From contig NIVC01000454.1 in assembly GCA_002269645.1 (NCBI GenBank), positions 1-58,167 on the forward strand: a stretch of 58,167 bases of DNA. The letters run 5' to 3'. The DNA comes from Macrostomum lignano. Taxonomy: Eukaryota. How positions within the stretch are numbered: position 1 is the first letter of the stretch; each line of letters opens with the position of its first letter. The notes beneath the pieces were generated by a model that saw nothing but the letters and a program-made list of their open reading frames with translations, had not been told where the DNA came from and searched no databases. This document shows positions 33,961 to 45,284 of this stretch, one piece after another. A program made the position numbers and the translations under genes.

Positions 33961-34206
33961 ACCAATACATTTACTGGGATGAATAAAAATAGTTTTGCCC
34001 TCCGTTTTTTAACTCAGAAAAATGAGTCCCGATGATAATACTACGCTTTACCATATCCGAGATGCTGTAAAGGTGACGATGCATACAAAGGGTGTGAATG
34101 AGCAAAGCGCGATAAACCACCATAGAAGTGGCGATAGGAGTGAAAATCAGAGATCCTGCAACTCGATCTGTAGTCCTCTGGCCAAAGGCTTCAGCTCTTC
34201 GCATCC

Positions 34207-34663
34207 TCACACGAGAGTCTCTGGGGTGTCGAAGACATCGCAAGGAGCTCGCCAACCCGACACTGACGGCGCTGGCCGCTTCCGAGGCGTCTGATTCGGT
34301 GTGGGCAGCAGCTTCTGGCTCAGGCACCGGTAGGCGCAGCTCTTCGCAGAGTCCTTCTGACCGCCGCAGTCGCCCCCGCCGGTAGGACGGCAGGCCTTCA
34401 GGATGGCGCCGTGCCAGCAGCGGACGAGCAGCAGCAGGGCGGCGGCGCACTCGAAGAGGCCGATGACGGACACGCCCAGGTACAGTCCCATCAGGCCGCC
34501 GATGTCGGACAGGAACTGCGACAGCGGGTACTCGGCCTCCTCCACAACGAGATCGCCTTTGTCTTTGGCCGCCATCACAAAGAGGTTGCTGATGCTCAGG
34601 CGGCCTTTGCGCACAATGTCGACGAGGGTCTCGGATTCCGAGGTGCTCAGTGGATGGGGAGGA
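34207..34663 (-). CDS. DEG/ENaC (ASIC-like) channel exon 3 (TM2 and C-tail)
   Basis: YPLSQFLSDIGGLMGLYLGVSVIGLFE is the TM2 with a GxS filter; ends ETLV*. Acceptor CCCGCAG at 34670-34664. Confidence 0.88.
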
Positions 34664-34737
34664 CTGCGGGATGGGACGCGGGCATGCATGGGTGCAGCAT
34701 TGGGAATTGAAGACAGCTTTAAGGAACCAAAACTCAC

Positions 34738-34905
34738 AATTCTTTCAGGATACTCCTTAGGAAGGCCTCCCTTGCCTGATTGGCAGTCTCTGCCCACATC
34801 TCCCTGTACTGCTCCCGGTGGCTCTGGAGTTGCCAGGACAGCGAGTGGCAGGGAGGTCTCCTTAGGTCGGCGCACTCGCGACGCAGCAACGGTCGAAAGT
34901 TTTTC
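34738..34905 (-). CDS. DEG/ENaC channel exon 2
   Basis: CTGCAG acceptor (34911-34906) and GTGAGT donor (34737). Encodes ECADLRRPPC..W; phases match exons 1 and 3 (total 1776 nt, ~591 aa). Confidence 0.75.
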
Positions 34906-35232
34906 CTGCAGTGGTTCGACGGTTGGGTAGCTGATCTTGACGCAATTGAGTCAGATGGCTCGTCTATTCGCATCAAGGACATCAGCAATGGTAGCTCCGA
35001 AAAGCTGCCGTCTGAATTTAACCTTCGGGATGCTTTGAAAAAGTTCAAGAACTCGTCTCAAATCTTCTGTCAATCTTAAAATGTTTCAAGCAGCAGTCTT
35101 GACATCACCCTCAAAGACTAAAAACTCTTAAAAACTCTCTCGCACTTCAGTTTGACCTTAAATTAGAGATGCAGAAATATTCATAGTCGTCACTCCAGGG
35201 AAACCTTGCTGATAAGCACTCTCTCCACTCAC

Positions 35233-36383
35233 TCAAGCCGGTAGGTCGCAGCGGTGTGGTTCAGGCAGATCAAGTTGTCCAGCAGCCCGGACTCCTTGAA
35301 CTTGCTCCAGTCCAGACACAGCACTGGCGGTCGGTCGTCCAGCTTGGGCACAATCAGGTTCGGATTGAAGCAGCCGCAGGATCTGTAGAAAATTGTCTGC
35401 GACAACAGCTGGTGGCAGTGGAAGTAGCTCAGGTTGTAGCGGCGCGCGTGCCGCAGGTCGTAGTTGAAGACCTCGGCGGTTTTCTCCGCCTTGCGGCAGT
35501 CGCTCTTGACCGGATCGGACAGACGCCGTTTCTGGTCGAGCGCAACCGTGGTGGCCACTCCGGGTGGCGTCTCCAGCATCCTGCCGGACTCGGGCAGCGT
35601 GTTCGGCGCGTGGATGAACACCCGGCCGCCGAACTGGTAGTTGGACGAGTTGAAGTGCCAGTAGGTGAGAAAGTTGCCCCGGATGAAGAACTGCACAGCG
35701 TCGATGGCGCCGAGCTGCTTGGAGTTGATGAAGCTGTTCAGCTTCAATGTGTAGCACGAGCAGCGATACCGCATGGACATCGTGTTGCTTAAGAAGGAGC
35801 TGAGAATTTCATCCTCGCTGAACGCTTGCCAGCCGGAGTCCATGTTGATCTCGCTCTGGATGCCTTTGTTAGGCAGCCGGTAGCCGACACCTACCAGCAC
35901 TTGTCTGGGGTCGTTCACCTGGAACACGGAGCTATTGATGCTGGCGAGTGCGATGGACCGGATGAGCACCGCTAGGACGCCCTCCTGTTCGACGTTTTTA
36001 TCGAAAAAGAACGTCTCCATGAGCCGGCTGGCGGTGACCACGGCGCTGTCATTCTGCAGCTTCCGAATCCAGTAGCTGAAGTTGCTGCGCGCCTCCTCGG
36101 AGCGAAGGCTCACGGGCGAGTTGTCGCAGAATGTGATATCGGGCCAGACGAACGAGTCCTCGTTTGAGTAGTGCGCCGTGAGCACGGGGAAGCTGTTGTA
36201 GCGAGCCACCACGGATATCAGGTTGCCGACAAATGAGCACAGGCCGAGCAGCACTAGCGACAGCCAGAAGATCTGCTCAGCTCGGCTGGCCGCGGAGGCC
36301 GCATGCGAGATGCCGTGCACAGTGGAGCGGCTGAGCAGCTGCAGCAGCTGAGCTCGCAATGGCCTTTGCTGCAGGTCTGGCAT
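35233..36383 (-). CDS. DEG/ENaC channel exon 1 (TM1 and ectodomain)
   Basis: STVHGISH (HG motif), TM1 FWLSLVLLGL, WPDITFCDNSP, CYTL, Cys-rich C..LLSQT..Y..CGC. Donor GTGAGT at 35232. Confidence 0.92.
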
Positions 36384-37167
36384 TGAACCTCTGGCCCGAT
36401 CTCTCTGCCCTTTCTGTTCACGGATCCGTCGCTAAAAAAACTAAAAAAATGACAGATCGTCGACGTCTTTATAGCCAAACCAGGATCAAATCGAATCGGG
36501 CCTCACCCTACAGATACTGCTGCCGGATTGCATATGCCGGTGGGTCTGGTTATGCGTAATTTCGATCAAGTAAAATGTCACAGTACCGTTTCTTGCGAGC
36601 GCGCTCAGTGTCTCCGCAAGCATTCCAGTCTATGCAGTGCATTTTCCAAGAGACTCTATCTTTGCAATTTCGCTTTTATTCAATCAAGCGCAAAAAGTTT
36701 TCATTTTTTTACTGAGCGAGTCAGGGGTAGCGAATTCCAGAAGCACCGCGCGCACGACCCCGACTGAACCAGGTGCGACAGAGCCTTTGAGGGCTGTCTG
36801 CAGGTTCTTGCGTTTTCGAACAATTTTCCTGCACGGATCTGGCAGTCGCGGCCAGCCACTTTTGTGGCAATTCAATGAGAATAAACTGTCCTTAAGGTTT
36901 ATCGAGAGGTTAAGCAGAAGGTCCGCGGTTAGTACACTGCTTGTGTCATCCCTCTCGGCAGCCGTTGTTAAGCACACAACCTGTGATGTTTTACGGCGTC
37001 ACCCGGCCTCCTTGTAGCAGGACCGGCGTGTGTTTCACCTGCCACGCCTGTCATCCAGCTGCATATGAGCTACATCTACAAGCGGAAAAGAGACACGCAA
37101 TTTTTATTCTAAGTATACTACTGATCAACCCCAATAAGAAAGTAGTTTTCGCACATCCTTCCCGCAG

Positions 37168-37479
37168 TCCCTCATTGGCGGCACCGGCAGCGACTTCGGC
37201 GAGGACACCATCGACTTTCCCCGCTTCCTGGAAGTGATGGTGGTGAAAATGCGCCGGCGCGACTCCGAGGAGATGCTGAAGCAGGCGTTCAGCGTGTTCG
37301 ACAGCGAGGGCCAGGGCTGGGTGAGCACCGATGAGCTGCGTCACGTGATGAAAGTTCTCAGCGAGAAGATGACGGACGAGGAGGTCGAGGAGATGATCAG
37401 GCAGGCTGACCAGGACGGCGACGGCTCCGTCAATTACGAGGAGTTCTGCCGGCTCATGGCCGGGAGCAAGGACGACTGA
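37168..37479 (+). CDS. Calmodulin-like protein exon 2 (total 152 aa)
   Basis: CCGCAG acceptor; [54 protein letters not shown]. Confidence 0.93.
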   Translation, partial: SLIGGTGSDFGEDTIDFPRFLEVMVVKMRRRDSEEMLKQAFSVFDSEGQGWVSTDELRHVMKVLSEKMTDEEVEEMIRQADQDGDGSVNYEEFCRLMAGSKDD

Positions 37480-37488
37480 TGGAGTTTT

Positions 37489-37994
37489 AGCCATGGAGTT
37501 TTAAGCTTAGAGTTTGGAAATGGAAACTCTATGGCCAGTTATATTTTTAATATACGACGTAAAACCTACCTCGTAGAAAAAAGGACCACTTAAGTATCGA
37601 AATGTGAAGTCTGGAACAGACGGTTTCCAAACCAGGAGTTCTCAGACCTAGAGTCTGGAACAGACGGTTTCCAAACCAGGAGTTCTCAGACCTAGAGTCT
37701 GGAACAGACGGTTTCCAAACCAGGAGTTCTCAGACCTAGAGTCTGGAACAGAACGGTTTCCAAACCAGGAGTTCTCAGACCTAGAGTCTGGAACAGAACG
37801 GTTTCCAAACCAGGAGTTCTCAGACCTAGAGTCTGGAACAGAACGGTTTCCAAACCAGGAGTTCTCAGACCTAGAGTCTGGAACAGAAGAAAAGAAAAAG
37901 AAGCTGCGACCTGGGCCGTCAAAGTTTCAGAGCATGAGATTCAGTTGCTCATCTGTTTCCAATCCAGATTCTACCAGCCTAAAACTCCATGGCT
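37489..37994. mobile_element. Possible MITE: ~40-bp inverted arms enclosing a tandem array
   Basis: AGCCATGGAGTTTTA.. at 37489 and ..TAAAACTCCATGGCT at 37980-37994 are a perfect 15-nt inverted pair, extending imperfectly to ~40 nt. Confidence 0.45.
37608..37886. repeat. 44/45-bp minisatellite (GTCTGGAACAGACGGTTTCCAAACCAGGAGTTCTCAGACCTAGA)
   Basis: About 6 units. Confidence 0.93.
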
Positions 37995-38546
37995 GTACTG
38001 ATAGCTATCCAGAGCGCTTGACTGGTGTTAATAACTGTAATATATTAATTCGAAATAACTGCGCGAAAAATTGAACAATAGAGCAGCGATCTCTCTTCAA
38101 TTATCAGAGACTCCTCAGACACTCAGGCAGCAGCCATTAGCCTTAATTTTTCTATGTAAAGCTGCATGGGGCCAGAGGGAACGGCTGCCTTCAAAGTGAT
38201 CGACTGCATCGCTCGTTCACCTCGGATCGCAGCTCAAGCCCAGCGCTCCGGGCCTCACAGCCTCATTGTGTTTTCACCCCTCCCCATCTATGCATTCTCA
38301 ACCAGCAGCTCACGGCGGTTGTCAAAGCAACAGAGAGAAAATGGGAACAGGGCAGAGAGCCTCCCACCTCTCCCCTGCACAGGATCCATTTCCCGCTGAG
38401 CACACAACCCAAAACGCCCGGGACCTTTTTCCGGCTGCCTCAGTAGCAGCGCCAATTCCTTTTGTTTCCCCAGTAACTGAGGAAGCGAGCCGTTCAAAGC
38501 ATTCTGTAAGCAGCTTTGCCCCCCCCCCCCCCCCGGGCTGAGCTGA

Positions 38547-39254
38547 ATGCTCCGGAGGCTGGAGCAGCTTATAAAAACAAAGCCGAGACTCTGGGAGGAA
38601 ATCAGAGCAACACTGCCAAGGCACAGTTGGATACCGCAGCCTGTTGTCATGGCAACATCAGTGTCCAGCGCAACCGGTCGCAGGCTGGGCCCGCCGCCGC
38701 CGCAGCCGCCGACGACGACAAGCGCTGCTTCATCTGGCGGCGACCGGCGGCACCGATCGAAGTCTCCGGCCTCCTCGGGCTCCGCCCCAGCCGCCGCCAA
38801 GGCGAAGCAGCCGAGCCTCGCCACGCTGATGATGCTGAAGCGGCGCATCGGCGACCTGCGCGCCCGGCACCGCCGGAACCGGCCGGTGCGCCGGCAGGAG
38901 AACAGCTACCGGCTGGGCCCGGAGCCCGCCGCCAGGTACCCGGCCGCCGAGGTGCGCCGCATCGCCGAGAACAGCCTGAAGTTCTTCCTGGCCGAGTCGC
39001 GCTACGACGCAAAGGCGACGCCCAAGCTGGCCAAGATGGTCACCGAGGACGTGAAGCGCCGGATGAAGAGCAACTTCAGCTGCCCGCGCTACAAGATCGT
39101 TGTCATGGTGACGGTGACGCAGCGGGAGCAGCAGCACCTCATGATGGCGTCGAGAACTGCGGGCGACTCGGAGCTGGACGACTTCGTCACCTGCACGCTG
39201 GAGAGGCCGAGCTTTCTGGCCTCGGCGGCCGTGTTCTGGTTCTACTGCGAGTGA
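38547..39254 (+). CDS. Tctex1-domain dynein light chain (TCTEX1D/DYNLT-like), single exon; start may be 38649
   Basis: ENSYRLGP...L....YD....KL.K.V.E.VK.R.K....PRYKIVV.V......MASR...D..D.F.......FWFY.E is the Tctex-1 signature. Confidence 0.9.
   Translation: MLRRLEQLIKTKPRLWEEIRATLPRHSWIPQPVVMATSVSSATGRRLGPPPPQPPTTTSAASSGGDRRHRSKSPASSGSAPAAAKAKQPSLATLMMLKRRIGDLRARHRRNRPVRRQENSYRLGPEPAARYPAAEVRRIAENSLKFFLAESRYDAKATPKLAKMVTEDVKRRMKSNFSCPRYKIVVMVTVTQREQQHLMMASRTAGDSELDDFVTCTLERPSFLASAAVFWFYCE
38643..38656. promoter_or_regulatory. X-box-like motif GTTGTCATGGCAAC
   Basis: 13/14 match to GTTGCCATGGCAAC, at the 5' end of a ciliary-type gene. Confidence 0.45.
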
Positions 39255-40697
39255 CCGAGTCACGTGACGGCTGGGCCGCAAGGTCACCTGACGCGACCTC
39301 CGCTGAACGATTTACTGCCGTAATTTGCTTGGATAGAAAACACCGTAAACGTTAAACTGATGAACTGAGGTGACAATGTTTTCTATAATACTTTGGTCCC
39401 CTGAATAGCAAGTGTTTTGCTCCTGAGCAATTCAAAATCCTGAGCTCGCCCTCCCCACCTGACCATTGATAGAAGAGAGAGGACAAAGCACCCTTCAACT
39501 CTATTTAGTTTTTTTTAAAATACAATTAAAAGAAGTTAAAATATGCTTATAAAGTTGGCATCTGATTGATTTGAGATTATAAGCGATGAAGCCATCTCGG
39601 ACACGCTGGCATAAAATGAACTTCGGAACTGTAGGTAAGAATTTGCTTACGTTGGGCTGAAAAGCTTAATAATTTATATCTTTCTAAGACGTTTTGAAGC
39701 CAAATTATAATATTAATACTTGCAGGAGGGTTGCAGGCACCCTGACACAAGCAGCGTTCTCCGCTCAGCTGCTCTGTCCTCTTATTTCGGCCTTCAAATA
39801 AATTGTCCCAATACTCAGTGATCGTTCAAAAGCGCTTCTGTTCGCCTTAGCCTACAAGACAGCAACCCCAGCCTCGGCCTGCTCGCGCCTGTAAGCAGAA
39901 GGCATGAATGAGCCTGACACGCTGGAGTATCGATACAGTACAGTCGCGGTGAATCATCCAGGGTCGCGTCTTAAGAGCGAGCAGTGAGGTTTCTTTTGGC
40001 TCCTCTCCCCCTTTATTAAGTTGAGTCGTATTTCGTGTGCTCTCCGCTCTTCTGCCTACAGCGATCTGCTGCCGTACCTGTACTTCCAAGAGTTACCAAC
40101 TAACTGGCAAAATTAATGCAGCGAGAAAATCAATGAGATTGAAATCGAACAGTTTGCGCACGAACAAAAAAGCTGCACTTCTACAAACAACCGTTCTACC
40201 CCTAAAGGGGGGCAAATCGGCTAGTCTAATTTACTAAAAAGCGCAAGATATCACTAGACCTCTTTCTGATCATAAGAAGTGCATCGATCGCACTCGGAGC
40301 CATTTCGGCAGTTTTTTTCAGACCGAACTTAACGCTATATACGCGTATTTAACCCAAGAGAGAAATTTTGCAGAGAGCCAAGAGAATCAAACCATACAAA
40401 ATTGAGTTCAAAGTTATGTGTGACGAAAAAAGAAAGCCATTGGTCGCTGGCTGTGGGCTGTTATATCTTATCTTTGGGACTCGTCCCACCCCAATGACCA
40501 CCGCTGCTCCGTCGCTATGATTATGATTTACCTGCACCCCTGAGCTTCGAACTCAAGCCGCAGTTATTTTAGTGCAACAAGTGGCCCCCCGTCAAGCCAA
40601 CGAAAATTCAGCTGTTCAGCAAACACACATCGCAGCCTTGAGAGTCTTTATTTATTAGCTCGGTTGGCCGCTCAGTCCGTTGCTGCGCCATCCAACC

Positions 40698-41492
40698 ATG
40701 GGACTCAAAATCAGCGGCCAGCTGCTGGCCCTCCTCGGATTCATCCTGGTCTGCCTCACCGCCACCTTTGTCATCACTGCTCTGCTGCCCACACTCGTGC
40801 CCCGGGAGCGCACCTGCCCTGATCACGACGTGAAGCTCGACCAGCTGCTGCTCACTGCGCCTTCGGGCAAGCGGCTGAAAGTGCAGCTGAACCTCAACAA
40901 CACGGCCAAGAGGTCCGGCAAGTACTTCCACTGCGGCGACAGCTCGGCCGCCTATGTCAGGCAGAACGCCGACCCCGCGGCGAACGCCTCCTGCCGGCTG
41001 TTCGAGTGGCGGCTCACCCAGTCGGTCAAGGAGGTCACGGACTGTTTCGACATGAGCGGCGAGTTCTGGTTCGGCGGCGCCGAGATGTGGCGCCAGGACT
41101 GGCCGCTCAACACAGGTGAGCAGGTGCGGACAGCCTACGTGCCCAGCGACGTCTACCTGCGACAGTTCGGCGGGGCAATCGAGCGATTCTGGATCTCCAC
41201 GGGTGGCTTCGCTGTGTTCGTTGAGGACTCGGTGCCGCTGTACGTCAGCATCTCCGGCGGCAGGCTCTGCCTCAGCGGAAGCCGCAGCGCTGAAGTCTAC
41301 GGCAATCTAGCGGCGAGAAATCCGGGAGACCCGCTGCTCGCCTACTCCGTCTGCTCGGGCGCCGACATCAAGTCGCTCTACCGGGCCACCCAGTTCTGGC
41401 GGGGACCCAGCGAAACGCCAGAAAGGGACCTGTTTGAGAGGCCTGTCTGGTCCACCTGGGCCTACCTGAAGGCCGGCATCACCCAGGAGTCT
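40698..41492 (+). CDS. MYORG: MYORG-like GH31 glycosidase exon 1 (4 exons, ~667 aa; type II membrane anchor)
   Basis: N-terminal TM; WFGGAE...Q.WP..ERFWIS.GG..PVWSTW. Donor GTGAGT 41493. The four exons sum to 2004 nt, in frame. Confidence 0.88.
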
Positions 41493-41530
41493 GTGAGTTG
41501 CGGTGCCGCTTGATGCTGGCTCTGATGCTC

Positions 41531-41684
41531 GATCTCAATCTCAATGCCCCTTTCCCGGTGACCTCATCTCAATGCCCCTTTCCCGATGACCTCATCTCAA
41601 TGCCCCCTTCCCGGTGACCTCATCTCAATGCCCCTTTCCCGGTGACCTCATCTCATTGCCCCTTTCCCAGTGACCTCATCTCAA
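41531..41684. repeat. 28-bp minisatellite (AATGCCCCTTTCCCGGTGACCTCATCTC), MYORG intron 1
   Basis: About 5 units. Confidence 0.9.
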
Positions 41685-41793
41685 ACCCTTTCTCGCTGAC
41701 CCCAATCTTCATGACCCAAAATTGTGACTGGAGTACATAGCAACTCGGTAGCAACTGAAAAACCAGCGGCCCAGCCCGCCCCTCGAATCCCAG

Positions 41794-42155
41794 GTGCTGG
41801 AGTTCGCGCACAACATCAGCGCCAATGCTTTGCCGGCCTCCCAGCTCGGAGTCGACGACAAATGGACGGTGAACTACGGCGACCACGTGTTCGACACAGC
41901 CCGGTTTCCCGACCCGGCCGCCATGGTCAAGGGGGTGCACGACCAGGGCTACAACCTGACGCTCTGGGTGCACCCGTTTGTCAACAAAGACTCGGAGGCG
42001 TTCGCCACGGGAGCCCAAGTGACCAGGAGGAACGGCAGCTTCCTGCTCACCTCAAGGACGCGGCTGGACGAGCCCGCCTTCACCAGCTGGTGGCGCGGGG
42101 CGAACCTCAGCGCGGCCATGGTGGACATCACGGATGTGGAGGGTGAAGGGTCAAA
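41794..42155 (+). CDS. MYORG: MYORG-like exon 2
   Basis: VDDKW..YGD..FD..RFP..TLWVHPFVN..WWRG. Phase-2 donor GTGAGT 42156. Confidence 0.88.
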
Positions 42156-42377
42156 GTGAGTGGCGCAGGCAGGCTTTGAAGGCATTCAGAAAGGAGCTGG
42201 AAGATCCTGCACAGGACATCAAAACCTACAAGACACCCGAAACTACCATAAGACACCGAAACCTATCATACGACACCAGAAACTACGAGTACTATGGGGT
42301 TATTATATTCTCTCAATAGAGAGGAGCGAAATTCCACCAGTCGATCAGTATCCATCGCTGAATCCCGGACACTACAG

Positions 42378-42870
42378 GTACCTGATGCAGGAGCTCCAAC
42401 GCCTCAAGACGGACTTCGGCGTGGACTCCTTCAAGCTGGATGCCGGCGAGTTCAACTGGCTGCCCGAGAACTCCCGCCTTCGCGGTTTCGACAACCGCAG
42501 CAACCCCGGCTGGTACGCGAACGCCTGGGCCGACTTCGGCATCCGCCTCGACCCCCTGCGGCGCCGCCAGGAGGTCCGCGTCGGCTTCCGCGCCCAGCAC
42601 CTGCCGCTGACTGTCCGCGCCATCGACAAGGACTCGCACTGGGGCCTGGACAACGGACTTAAAGCCATGGTCACCTCCGCCCTGCTGCACTGCCTCATCG
42701 GCTACAATTTTCATCTACCCGACATGGTGGGCGGCAACGCCTACTGCGAGGGACCGGACGGCCTGGACGGGAACTGCTATCCGGACAGGGAGCTGTACAT
42801 CCGCTGGCTGCAGGCAACTGTACTCATGCCATCACTGCAGCTGTCTGTGCCGCCATGGCACTACGATGAG
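42378..42870 (+). CDS. MYORG: MYORG-like exon 3 (catalytic residues)
   Basis: KLDAGE (nucleophile Asp) and RAIDKDSHW (acid/base Asp) are intact; also PDMVGGNAY and ELYIRWLQ. Confidence 0.92.
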
Positions 42871-42879
42871 GTCAGTGGG

Positions 42880-43150
42880 GGATTGCTAATCTAGCCAATC
42901 AGTGAGGAGCTGGAACAGAATGGATTGCTAATCTTGCCAATCAGGGATGAGCTGGGACAGAATGGATTGCTAATCTTGCCAATCAGGGATGAGCTGGAAC
43001 AGAATGGATTGCTAATCTAGCCAATCAGGGATGAGCTGGAACAGAATGGATTGCTAATCTAGCCAATCAGGGATGAGCTGGAACAGAATGGATTGCTAAT
43101 CTAGCCAATCAGGGATGAGCTGGAACAGAATGGATTGCTAATCTAGCTAA
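42880..43150. repeat. 42-bp minisatellite (CCAATCAGGGATGAGCTGGAACAGAATGGATTGCTAATCTAG), MYORG intron 3
   Basis: About 6 units filling the intron. Confidence 0.93.
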
Positions 43151-43166
43151 TCTACCTAACCCGCAG

Positions 43167-43520
43167 GAGGTGGTGAACATCTCCAGGCGTCTGCTGGCCA
43201 TCCGCAGTGAGCCCCGCTTCCGCGAGAACATGAAGTCGGCTCTGGCTGACCTTCTGGCCAACGGCGACCCCCTGCTGCGTCCGATGTGGTGGCTGAAGGA
43301 CGGCCGGCCGGGCAGCGCCGACCAGTTCCTGCTGGGCCGTTCGATCTTAGCGGCCCCGGTGCTGGAGCCCGGCGCAAAATCCCGCAAGGTGCACTTCCCC
43401 AGCGGCCGGTGGAGGCCCTGGTTCGCGCCCGAGGACGGGTCTCAGGACATTGCCGGGCCGCAAGAGAAAGACGTGACGATGCCACTCGACTCGGTGGCAG
43501 CCTTCTGGCTGGTTGAGTGA
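43167..43520 (+). CDS. MYORG: MYORG-like exon 4 (last)
   Basis: GDPLLRPMWW...DQFLLG..IL.APVL..G..SR.V.FP.G.W is the GH31 C-terminal motif; ends in TGA. Confidence 0.92.
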   Translation, partial: EVVNISRRLLAIRSEPRFRENMKSALADLLANGDPLLRPMWWLKDGRPGSADQFLLGRSILAAPVLEPGAKSRKVHFPSGRWRPWFAPEDGSQDIAGPQEKDVTMPLDSVAAFWLVE

Positions 43521-44900
43521 CATCAAGAGTGACAGTGGGAGTGACAACGGGATGGCATTGGGAGTGACAATGGGGATGACTGTGGGAGTGACAATAGGGA
43601 TGACTGTGAGAGGGACAATAGGGATGACTGTGAGAGGGACAATAGGGATGACTGTGAGAGGGACAATAGGGATGACAGTGGGAATGACAATAGGGATGAC
43701 AGTGGGAGTGACAATAGGGATGACAGTGGGAATGACAATAGGGATGACAGTGGGAGTGACAATAGGGATGACTGTGAGAGGGACAATAGGGATGACAGTA
43801 GGAGTGACAATGGGGATGACAGTGGGAGTGACAATAGGGATGACTGTGAGAGGACAATAGGGATGACAGTGAGAGTGACAATAGGGATGACAGTGGGAGT
43901 GACAATAGGATGACAGTAGGAGTGACAATGGGATGACAGTGGGAGTGACAATAGGGATGACAGTGAAAGTGACAATAGGGATGACAGTGGGAGTGACAAT
44001 AGGGATGACAGTGGGAGTGACAATGGGGATGACAGTGCGAGTGACAATAGGGATGACAGTGCGAGTGACAATAGGGATGACAGTGGGAGTGACAATGGGA
44101 TGACAGTGGGAGTGACAATAGGGATGACAGTGAGAGTGACAATAGGGATGACAGTGGGAGTGACAATAGGGATGACAGTGGGAGTGACAATAGGGATGAC
44201 AGTGGGAGTGACAATAGGGATGACAGTGAGAGTGACAATAGGGATGGCAGTGGGAGTGACAATAGGGATGACAGTGGGAGTGACAATAGGGATGACAGTG
44301 AGAGTGACAATAGGGATGACAGTGGGAGTGACAATAGGGATGACAGTGGGAGTGACAATAGGGATGACAGTGGGAGTGACAATAGGGATGACAGTGGGAG
44401 TGACAATAGGGATGACAGTGCGAGTGACAATAGGGATGACAGTGGTGACAATAGGGATGACAGTGGGAGTGACAATAGGGATGACAGTGGGAGTGACAAT
44501 GGGATGACTGAGAGGACAATGGGATGACAGTGGAGTGACAATGGGATGACAGTGGGAGTGACAATGGGATGACAGTGGAGTGACAATAGGGATGACAGTG
44601 GGAGTGACAATGGGACAATGACAGTGCACAGTGAGTGACAATAGGGATGACTGAGAGTGACAATGAGGGATGACAGTAGTGAGTGACAATGAGTGAGCAG
44701 TGACAATAGGATGGCAATAGGGAGTGACAATATGAGTAGTGACAATAGTGACAAGTGAGTGACAAGTGAGTGACAGTGGGAGTGACAATAGGGATGACAG
44801 TGGGTGAGACACAATTGACAGTGGGTGAGTGACAAGTGACAATTGACAGTGGGAGTGACAATTGACACTGGGAGTGCAATTGACACTGAGTGACAACCAA
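43515..44900. repeat. 24-bp minisatellite (GTGACAATAGGGATGACAGTGGGA)
   Basis: Begins at the MYORG stop codon; degenerates after ~44480. Confidence 0.95.
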
Positions 44901-45284
44901 TTGTGCTTGAGTGAAATTTGTAGGTAGATTTGAAGCGACAAATAGTAGTAACAGTGGGAGTAACGGAATGTCACTGAGGGGTGACCCGTGCACTTCCACT
45001 CAAGACAGTCAGTGGGATCTGCGCTTTACTGCCATCTCACACTGTGGCAATAAGGATTGCAATTTACAATTTCACTTTACTTGGACAAGTTTTGAGCTAA
45101 ATTTCATTGCACAGTTGTGAAATATTTCAGCACTGAGAATATCCGTTCAAATGCATGCATATTGCACATGAATCTGTGTCCGCAGATGATTACTGAATAC
45201 AGTAAGTAGTATGATCATTTTTACTATTTTTTCTAATACGATTTCAATTTATCTATTGTAGCTAGTAAAACTGAAAGTTAAAAT

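Noticed and set aside
33971-34450. Alternative-frame 159-aa ORF as the real channel C-terminus
   Set aside because: The TM2 frame is already open to a stop and ends in a plausible PDZ motif; no frameshift is needed.
34906-35080. Apparent frameshift or premature stop in the DEG/ENaC gene
   Set aside because: It arises only if the AG at ~35075 is used; the CTGCAG acceptor at 34906 gives an uninterrupted 1776-nt CDS.
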